This document shows, piece after piece, positions 57,139-64,000 of a DNA stretch of 64,000 bases. A program made the translations under genes and the position numbers. The notes beneath the pieces are model-generated. The model was not told the DNA's origin. It worked only from the letters and a program-made list of their open reading frames with translations, and did not search any database. Source of the stretch: a phage; NCBI GenBank assembly GCA_025611195.1, contig GCA_025611195.1_4718.1. One strand, 5' to 3'. Each line of letters opens with the position of its first letter. The first letter of the stretch is position 1.

Positions 57139-57228
57139 TCCGATGCGGTAAATGTCTACTAGCTCTCATAATCTATTGAAGAAACTACCAGCTTACGCCA
57201 ACTTAGATTAATCAGGAGTAACCATCCC

Positions 57229-57702
57229 ATGCCAGTTTCATCCAAACCAAGAAAAAAATCAGTAGGAAAACCTAAAGCTCAGGAAACAACAGCGATTCGT
57301 TGGGACGAGTTACGTGAACCTATCGAAAACTGCGAATTGTTATTAGGCACCCTGGGTGCGGCTATTTACCAGGCAACACAACCTTGCCGTTTACGATTAA
57401 CCCAAAACAAGCGTGATGAGTTCGTTGCGTTATCAACAAGCACGAATAAAGATCTGACCGAACTTCAAACCGAGTTGACGACGATCAAGAACTCCATTAC
57501 GCCGATGTATGGTAAAGAAGTCGACGAACAAAGTATTCTGTTACAGTACAACTACGGGATGTCGTTAATGAACATCCTGGAACGCGCATCCGATATTCTG
57601 CGTCCTGACGTTGCACGCCTGAGCCAACTGCGTGTTGAAGGGATGGAGAACCAGATTCGATTCGCCAACAGTGTTAAATCTCAAGGAGCCACCGAAGCAT
57701 GA
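57229..57702 (+). CDS. hypothetical protein (157 aa)
   Basis: ORF, 4-nt overlap with following gene. Confidence 0.6.
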   Translation: MPVSSKPRKKSVGKPKAQETTAIRWDELREPIENCELLLGTLGAAIYQATQPCRLRLTQNKRDEFVALSTSTNKDLTELQTELTTIKNSITPMYGKEVDEQSILLQYNYGMSLMNILERASDILRPDVARLSQLRVEGMENQIRFANSVKSQGATEA

Positions 57703-59357
57703 GCGAACAAGAAAAAGATGTCGTGACGAATCAGGAAGCCACCGAGCGTTCAGAGTCGTCCGTTGAAACTACGATCCCAGCAAGTGAGGGTAAAGACGAA
57801 GCCGTCGCTACCGAAGGAGAGGTAGCGGCTCCAGAAGCAACCCGTGAAGAAGAACCATCACATCCACCGCTGGTTGATTTCTCGAAGGCGACGATACGTT
57901 TCCAATGCGAAGACATTCGTCCTAAGAGTCCGAAGAAAACAAAACGTCAGCCGTTGGTGTTACCGCTGTATTCTCCGCGTGTACAGACAGCGTATTACAA
58001 GGAATACATCAACGAAGCAATGGATACCGTGCAAGCCATTGTCGCTCAACGCGGTAAGCCTTCGGACGAGCAATTTGATAAATTCAGTAAAGCGGTAGTG
58101 CAATCGGTTGCTGATGGGCAATACCAACCGCGCGGGCCAGCTCATGATCGTGCGTTGGAGCGTAAGGGCAGTCAGTGGACTAACGTACCCGTAGACTCAT
58201 CGGGCGTTGGTCGTGTTATTCCTGGCATCCCACAACCGAACCATATTCCTGATGATGTCGAAGCGCCGCTGACAGGAACCGACGCAATCTATTTTGCAAT
58301 CCGCAATACGAAATCGGGCGCACCTGCGGTAATGCCGTTATGGCATAGCGGTATTAAGCTGCAGTTCAATCCACCGTCAAATGAACGTGTCGCAATTATG
58401 CATGAACGTATTGCACGCGATAAAATCCTGGGTGGGCGTGATAGTACCGGTTTCCTGTTTTCGGCAACCTCGATTATCACCATGAAGCACGCAATCGAAT
58501 TAGCATTAGAATGCTGTTACATGGCCAACGTACCGAACCTGGATATCCAGCGTTTGAAAGACATTATCCCGGTTACCGATGTTCCGGCACTGTTGTTGAA
58601 CGTGCTGGTAACCATGTACCCGTACGGGTATCCTTACGTGCAGACCTGCTATCAGAATCCAGAAACCTGCGACTATCGTGTTGAAGATACCGTAAGCTTT
58701 GCGAAGCTCTATCAAGTTGACAACAGCGCAATTACCAAACGTATGCGACAGATCATGACCGAAGGTCCGGTCATGACCGATGAACTTTTGCGTGAGTATG
58801 CGAACGAGCTGGGCGAAACAAACTCCCGTACGCTGGATCTGTCTGACAACGGTTCGGTTATCATTGAGCTTGAAGTACCGAAGATTTCACGTCAGATCGC
58901 CATGGGCGAACGCTGGTTAAGCGATACACTGGAAGATCTGCGTGATATTCTATCGCGTCCGTCAATGACCGAAGAAGAGCGTGATCGTGTTATTCGTGAG
59001 CGTCAGTTCTATAGCTGGATGCGTCAGTATGATGCGTGGATCAAATCGATGCATGTGTCGGTAAACGGTACCATGCGTCGTGTAAGCGATGCAGATACGG
59101 CAACGGTATTAGCACAGCTGTCTCGTGACAGCGACCTTCGTGAACGCTATATCGATGGGCTGATGCAGTTCATCGGTGATTCGACGATTGCGCTCGCAGC
59201 GATGCCTGCCTGGAAATGTCCGAAATGTAATACCGATATTGCTGACAATCTGCGTGACCAGAAATACTACGATCTGATTGCTTTGGATGTACCCCAGCTT
59301 TTTTTTACCCTAAACTCCGTCCAATCTCTTCAGGAGGGGATGGACGCGGTATTCTAA
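57699..59357 (+). CDS. hypothetical protein (552 aa); 3' end contains U-UUU-UUU slippery heptamer and may be extended by -1 frameshift
   Basis: long ORF; T8 run at 59299-59306 in X-XXY-YYZ register; -1 frame open from the run into 59420-59779. Confidence 0.7.
   Translation: MSEQEKDVVTNQEATERSESSVETTIPASEGKDEAVATEGEVAAPEATREEEPSHPPLVDFSKATIRFQCEDIRPKSPKKTKRQPLVLPLYSPRVQTAYYKEYINEAMDTVQAIVAQRGKPSDEQFDKFSKAVVQSVADGQYQPRGPAHDRALERKGSQWTNVPVDSSGVGRVIPGIPQPNHIPDDVEAPLTGTDAIYFAIRNTKSGAPAVMPLWHSGIKLQFNPPSNERVAIMHERIARDKILGGRDSTGFLFSATSIITMKHAIELALECCYMANVPNLDIQRLKDIIPVTDVPALLLNVLVTMYPYGYPYVQTCYQNPETCDYRVEDTVSFAKLYQVDNSAITKRMRQIMTEGPVMTDELLREYANELGETNSRTLDLSDNGSVIIELEVPKISRQIAMGERWLSDTLEDLRDILSRPSMTEEERDRVIRERQFYSWMRQYDAWIKSMHVSVNGTMRRVSDADTATVLAQLSRDSDLRERYIDGLMQFIGDSTIALAAMPAWKCPKCNTDIADNLRDQKYYDLIALDVPQLFFTLNSVQSLQEGMDAVF
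59299..59306 (+). other. homopolymeric T8 tract / candidate -1 programmed ribosomal frameshift or slippage site
   Basis: 0-frame codons CTT TTT TTT ACC; -1 frame has no stop until 59779. Confidence 0.4.
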
Positions 59358-59419
59358 TCGATCCGCGATACGGGTTACACGACGGACAACTTGTTCGTAA
59401 TGATGAAAAAATCTGGGAA

Positions 59420-59779
59420 TTGCTGTTAGCGCGTAAAGGCGACGGTGGCATGAAGCTGAACATCGAAATGGGTATTGCGTACGACACCATGTTTGGCTTG
59501 TACGATCGTGTTAACGACTGGACGCCGCTGAAATGGGTTGCTCAGCATCCCGCTGAAGATCCCTGGGACAGATTAGGGATTAAGCCCTTAATCGAAGATT
59601 ATGTTCGATTCGGTATTAAAGAGTTCATGACGCTGGATGCGTTTTTACAAGCACCGTATCCTTACGCGCAAACGGTACTCAAAATCGCACAAGACGAACT
59701 GCGGAAACGTAGTGCGGTACTGGACGACGATGAGGACAAGTTACGACGAGAAGAAGAACGTTTACGAAACGGAAAATAA
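59420..59779 (+). CDS. ORF in -1 frame relative to 57699-59357: either frameshift extension of that gene or a separate small gene with weak initiation signals
   Basis: annotated start is TTG; first ATG (59450) lacks a good SD; frame is open upstream across the T8 run. Confidence 0.4.
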   Translation: MLLARKGDGGMKLNIEMGIAYDTMFGLYDRVNDWTPLKWVAQHPAEDPWDRLGIKPLIEDYVRFGIKEFMTLDAFLQAPYPYAQTVLKIAQDELRKRSAVLDDDEDKLRREEERLRNGK

Positions 59780-59780
59780 A

Positions 59781-60290
59781 ATGGCGAGATTTACCAGTTT
59801 GATTGGGTTGGATATTTGGGAAACACCGGCTGACGTTCGGGTTATTCCTGTCAACACCGTCGGTGTGATGGGGCGCGGTCTTGCCAAACAGGCAGCAGAT
59901 CGCGTGCCCGGTCTTCTTGAAGCGTACCGTAAGCAGTGTCAAGATGGGTTTAAGGTGGGTGAAGTCGTATCGTATCAGCATGGCGATAACGATCAACTCA
60001 CCTACGTGTTGTTTCCATCAAAATCGGATTGGCGTGAAAGAACACGACGCGAGTATATCGTTAACGGCTTACTGGCGTTAAAAGCATGGTTATTGGAGCT
60101 TCAGTTCGAAAGAGACGGCTTCTCATACCAGCGTCCGGCTGAACCGCTGATTGTCGCAATTCCTCCGGTCGGTTCTGGTTGCGGTAATATCGGTTACGGA
60201 CAATCTGAAACAATCCAGCCTCAATGGGTACGCGCACAAATCAAACAGTATCTTGCCACCGTACCGAACGTTCATTTCTACTTGTTCTAA
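59781..60290 (+). CDS. macro-domain-like protein (putative ADP-ribose binding/hydrolase, TARG1/DarG-like), ~169 aa
   Basis: VIPVNTVGVMGRGLAKQAADRVPG resembles N-x-x-G-x-M-G-x-G-[IL]-A macro signature; LIVAIPPVGSGCGNIGYG...W..V...I resembles the second glycine-rich loop; ATG at 59781 right after upstream stop. Confidence 0.55.
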   Translation: MARFTSLIGLDIWETPADVRVIPVNTVGVMGRGLAKQAADRVPGLLEAYRKQCQDGFKVGEVVSYQHGDNDQLTYVLFPSKSDWRERTRREYIVNGLLALKAWLLELQFERDGFSYQRPAEPLIVAIPPVGSGCGNIGYGQSETIQPQWVRAQIKQYLATVPNVHFYLF

Positions 60291-60306
60291 TGCACAGATA
60301 GCATAA

Positions 60307-60338
60307 CCCTCCTCCAACCCAACAGGGAAGGAGGAGGG
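60307..60338. terminator. palindromic hairpin element CCCTCCTCC-AACCC-AACA-GGGAA-GGAGGAGGG between convergent genes
   Basis: identical to copy at 38148-38179. Confidence 0.6.
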
Positions 60339-60355
60339 AATATGTTGCTTTGCTA

Positions 60356-60730
60356 TTAATGTTCGTTCCAGATGGCATCTTCCGGTGGAACAATAGGATC
60401 TTTCTTCGGCATTGACGGTACTTCATGACGATGCTTACGGAATTGCCTATCGATAACCTCACGAAGCCGGTACGCATCAACCCACGTTGATTTATTGAAC
60501 AGCTCCAACGTCACAGTTAACCGCGTTCTTGACATTGAATAGCTTTTCTTTGCAATCAAATCGGGATAATTCAGTTGAGCGAACCATGCCCGTATTTGTG
60601 CTTCGGTAAAAGCGATGCTGTAATAACTAAGTTTACCGTCATTAAAATCGTGCGCGTGGGTGTAACGTCCAGCGTAACGCCAAACAAGATGCACATTCAG
60701 ATCTATCCATGGTGGGGTGGTATCAGCCAT
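60356..60730 (-). CDS. hypothetical protein (124 aa)
   Basis: ORF. Confidence 0.55.
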   Translation of the reverse strand: MADTTPPWIDLNVHLVWRYAGRYTHAHDFNDGKLSYYSIAFTEAQIRAWFAQLNYPDLIAKKSYSMSRTRLTVTLELFNKSTWVDAYRLREVIDRQFRKHRHEVPSMPKKDPIVPPEDAIWNEH

Positions 60731-60739
60731 GTGTTACCC

Positions 60740-61309
60740 TCAACGATTTTTCATCACTTTACCCAGGCTTTCGATATTATCCCAAAAGCGATTTTTACTT
60801 GGCGCATCGCCGACGATAACCGACATCAAATCACGACGTTCGCGACTGATGATGCCCTGCGATTTCCAGATCACCATCGTCCAGCAAGCTGCCAGAACGA
60901 ACAGGTGGTTAATACTCGGTTTGGTTTGCGCGATGAATGCAAGCCATGCCCAGATACCGGTATATACTATCGTCACTAAAAAGAGAGAGATTGTTGCAAC
61001 GACAACAACGAAGTTTTGGATGGCTGGCTGATTGGCGTTATCCTGAAAAGCGGTAAGATCGGGAAGATTACCTTCAACGGAACTCGTATCATCGATTTCC
61101 AATTCTTCGATTTCTTTTCGTGTGTCGGGAGCTAATCCGGCATCATCAAGATGCTTCTTTAACCGCTGAATACTTAATCGTTGACCGACAGGGATATTAA
61201 TGTTGTCGTAACTATTAAGCGCATCAACCAGGGAGCGTCCGTCAACGAGAACCAAGCTCGCAGTACCCATCGTCTGCGGTTTTATTTTGTAAAGGTCTTT
61301 TACTTTCAT
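60740..61309 (-). CDS. hypothetical membrane protein (189 aa)
   Basis: two hydrophobic segments (FVVVVATISLFLVTIVYTGIWAWLAFI and LFVLAACWTMVIW). Confidence 0.6.
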   Translation of the reverse strand: MKVKDLYKIKPQTMGTASLVLVDGRSLVDALNSYDNINIPVGQRLSIQRLKKHLDDAGLAPDTRKEIEELEIDDTSSVEGNLPDLTAFQDNANQPAIQNFVVVVATISLFLVTIVYTGIWAWLAFIAQTKPSINHLFVLAACWTMVIWKSQGIISRERRDLMSVIVGDAPSKNRFWDNIESLGKVMKNR

Positions 61310-61330
61310 GTAGGCACCACCTCCAACGTG

Positions 61331-63943
61331 TTATACGTCCGGCGTAAAATCAAAAGGAACGTCCGTACGAATGATATCATAACGTTTTCCTAAGAAATAG
61401 AACTCTTCGGGAACCAGACCGGGAATAATGCTATCGCCGATGAACTGTGGGTATGCCCAGATGTACTGAGTGAGTCCTTCGAACATATCCAGGTTATTTG
61501 CGTGGTTACCCATGATACGTTTCCAGAGTTCGCGTTTATACGGTGTTTTGACATCGAACCCATAAAGCGGTGCGAGGTCTTCGCCAGGAACAAACCCCAG
61601 GTAATAGTGGATCTGACTAACCGGGAACCCAAGCGTATCTCGCGGAATGGTGATCGCTTGCTCAGCCTTGGTGACATGCGTCTCAATAATCCAGTCGTAG
61701 CACTCCGAATAGAACCGATCGAATTTCTCTGGATTATACCACGCTTTGGGAAGATTCAGTTTCTCCGTGAACGCGTTCGACATGATCGTCGGCAAGAACG
61801 GAAGAACGCCGGTTTTGATCTGCGTGTATTTCGATTTTACCCGATTGACCAGATTCCAGCAACTGTATCCTAATTGATCGTTGCAGAACTCAACGTAGAG
61901 ATCGTAATCCCCACCCGATAATGGATTATTAATATCGCCGATGTCTGCCGCATATTTGTTGGGGTATCGGTTATTGAAAGCCAGTTTGGTTTGGTAATCG
62001 TAAATGCACGGTTTATTGTTCTTCGTGTTAATCCACCACCAGGGTTCACCCACCTGCACACAAATGTCTTGGACATGCGGGTAGATGATATCAGCAAACG
62101 CGGTTAACACATCCCCTAACCACGCCATCGCGTGCTGGTTGCATGGCGACAACAACCAAGACGGCGGCGTATATCCGGTTGCTGCTATGTTTCCTTCCCA
62201 ATCCTGCTGCGCCCACTCGAACGGGCATGCCGTACTCATCAATTCGTAACTTAAACTGATGGTGATAGAGAAATGGTGTTTTGCAGCGTATGCGGCGAAA
62301 GCTTCATGCCATGCGATACAGGGTGGGTTGAGTACATCTGTGGTGTTCACCAGTAACTTACTCGCACTTGGTGTCCAGACAGTATCGTAGAAATGCGACA
62401 TTCCAACATAGTGCACTAATTCATCTTGATATCCCGCATAAACCAGGTTCTCAAATACGCGTTCCGGCGTGATATTGTAATGGTCGTCATAAGCGGTTAT
62501 CGCACGAAGCTCGTGTGGTGTACATTGGTGACGATTAACCGTCATTTCCTGATACACCCCATCAATAGGAAGAATCTCGACGGTTAAACCAAGGTCGATC
62601 GGTGTTTCCAGGTAGGTTGTTTCGGTCGCGGCTTCCTTATAATGTCGAGAACTCATGCTGAACATCAACGACGTGACCGATTCAAGGTCGATAGGTTCGT
62701 CAGCATAGAACCCCGCCATCGCGTCGTTGAAATCGATCGTCACGATTGCGCTTGTACCGTCTTCAGAGACATCTGTCGCATATCGGGTTAATGAGATATA
62801 CTGACGACTATCGTCTTTGTGTACAATGGTTAAAACCGGCGGGTTTTCGGTATCGGCAAAGTTACGCTGGTCACCGGTAAACGTGATCTTGGCTTTAAAG
62901 ATCAAACCGAACAACGACGTCATGGGATCATACGCAACACAACCATGATCTAGCGTATCCGTTGTCCGCCATTCTATCCCTACCAACCCGTTAGCGGTAT
63001 GGCATCGCATATACGCATTAAGTGTCATGTCTTTACTAACAACCGCGAAGTTCTCTGTAGATTGACCATTGATAATCCAATACATCGGTTGCCAGAGGTT
63101 ACGCGTGCCTTTTGCGTAGCGGTAGGTTGGTGCGCCTTTAGGGTTGCCGTTATTGAGATGGAATACGGCAGTACCTTGGTAATGATCGTTCGTGTTAATC
63201 GGAACACTGTACGCGTCGCCGAGGTCCGTACGTTCGACCTTCGTGACAGTTGCGTTTTCAAACAGCCCGCGTAGTGTAGGAAGACCAATATCATCAGGCG
63301 CGTTTTCTCGACGAATTGCGTCCGCGATGCGGTGGGCTAGGGCGGGGTAAATGGTCTCACCCTGCTGTAGGTTTGCCAGACCTACAAAGCGATCGGGGTT
63401 GATACCAGCAATCAATAACTCGACATCGCCCTTCGTTCTATCGTCATGGAGGTATTTCAGTCCAGTAAGATCAAGATGTTGAATTAACGACAACAGATTG
63501 TACTTACGGTTTTCAACAGTCAGTGCAAGATCACCTGCCCAAACCAAACTTCCCTCATCCGCCGTTACTCTAACGGATTGGCGGCCTGTGATGGACGTTG
63601 TTGTCGTTTTATTTAATTGTCCTTGTAGGAAGTCGGTTGCGAGGTCAAAGGCAACGCCGTAACGGTCAGCGACCGCCTGCATGATTTCACGTAACTGGGT
63701 ATCTTCTTCAATGATGATCTTGACAGGTATTCCCAAGAACGCCTTGGCGAGGTCTCGCTTAACCATCGAGACGAATACGGATTTGTAATATCGGCCTCCA
63801 TCTTTCCCTTTAAAAAGAATGGAGGTTGTTTCGGGTGACGATAGAACACGTGCAAATTCAACATCGTCGAAAGTAAGAGAAAGTCCGTTTTTCTCGTTGG
63901 TTAATCTTAGTATTTCATTTTGCGCGGTTTCATGTAACTTCAT
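61331..63943 (-). CDS. large hypothetical protein (870 aa), Trp/Tyr-rich, possibly virion-associated
   Basis: long ORF; no motif recognised. Confidence 0.75.
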   Translation of the reverse strand: MKLHETAQNEILRLTNEKNGLSLTFDDVEFARVLSSPETTSILFKGKDGGRYYKSVFVSMVKRDLAKAFLGIPVKIIIEEDTQLREIMQAVADRYGVAFDLATDFLQGQLNKTTTTSITGRQSVRVTADEGSLVWAGDLALTVENRKYNLLSLIQHLDLTGLKYLHDDRTKGDVELLIAGINPDRFVGLANLQQGETIYPALAHRIADAIRRENAPDDIGLPTLRGLFENATVTKVERTDLGDAYSVPINTNDHYQGTAVFHLNNGNPKGAPTYRYAKGTRNLWQPMYWIINGQSTENFAVVSKDMTLNAYMRCHTANGLVGIEWRTTDTLDHGCVAYDPMTSLFGLIFKAKITFTGDQRNFADTENPPVLTIVHKDDSRQYISLTRYATDVSEDGTSAIVTIDFNDAMAGFYADEPIDLESVTSLMFSMSSRHYKEAATETTYLETPIDLGLTVEILPIDGVYQEMTVNRHQCTPHELRAITAYDDHYNITPERVFENLVYAGYQDELVHYVGMSHFYDTVWTPSASKLLVNTTDVLNPPCIAWHEAFAAYAAKHHFSITISLSYELMSTACPFEWAQQDWEGNIAATGYTPPSWLLSPCNQHAMAWLGDVLTAFADIIYPHVQDICVQVGEPWWWINTKNNKPCIYDYQTKLAFNNRYPNKYAADIGDINNPLSGGDYDLYVEFCNDQLGYSCWNLVNRVKSKYTQIKTGVLPFLPTIMSNAFTEKLNLPKAWYNPEKFDRFYSECYDWIIETHVTKAEQAITIPRDTLGFPVSQIHYYLGFVPGEDLAPLYGFDVKTPYKRELWKRIMGNHANNLDMFEGLTQYIWAYPQFIGDSIIPGLVPEEFYFLGKRYDIIRTDVPFDFTPDV

Positions 63944-64000
63944 TGAAAACCTCAGCCCTTTAGAATTAGATGTACTGCTTACCGCCCACGAAGGAAGTTA

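Noticed and set aside
57699-59357. Speculated that the 552-aa protein (plus frameshift extension, about 710 aa) might be an ADP-ribosyltransferase partner of the downstream macro domain, by size analogy to T4 Alt
   Set aside because: No convincing R / S-T-S / E-x-E catalytic triad could be placed with confidence; it is kept only as a hypothesis to test by HHpred, not as a call.
1289-60338. Possible CRISPR array, given the repeated ~32-bp palindromic elements
   Set aside because: Copies are dispersed over 60 kb in separate intergenic regions, not in a regularly spaced repeat-spacer array, and no cas-like genes are present.

Overview
This 64-kb window is densely coding (about 56 supportable protein genes, short intergenic gaps) and is mostly transcribed on the minus strand, with plus-strand blocks at 4-1257, 10917-12527, 33924-38126, 45853-47604 and 57229-60290. 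I see no rRNA, tRNA, IS element or CRISPR array. The content looks like part of a large virulent phage genome, probably a jumbo phiKZ-like myovirus of an enterobacterial-type host (codon usage and mid-range GC judged by eye): very large ORFs (870-1127 aa), a fragment of a multisubunit RNA polymerase beta-prime subunit, an N-terminal fragment of a family B DNA polymerase, several paralog families, a recurrent palindromic hairpin element at gene 3' ends, and a conserved AT-rich promoter-like motif. Most proteins cannot be assigned a function from sequence alone and are called hypothetical; functional calls rest on short motifs recalled from memory and need HHpred or structure prediction. The most interesting candidates are a tandem array of 11 small divergent paralogs (47702-53489), a macro-domain-like gene (59781-60290) just downstream of a possible -1 frameshift site (T8 run at 59299-59306), and a dispersed family of virion-protein-like paralogs sharing an N-terminal E-[SG]-[FY] motif.
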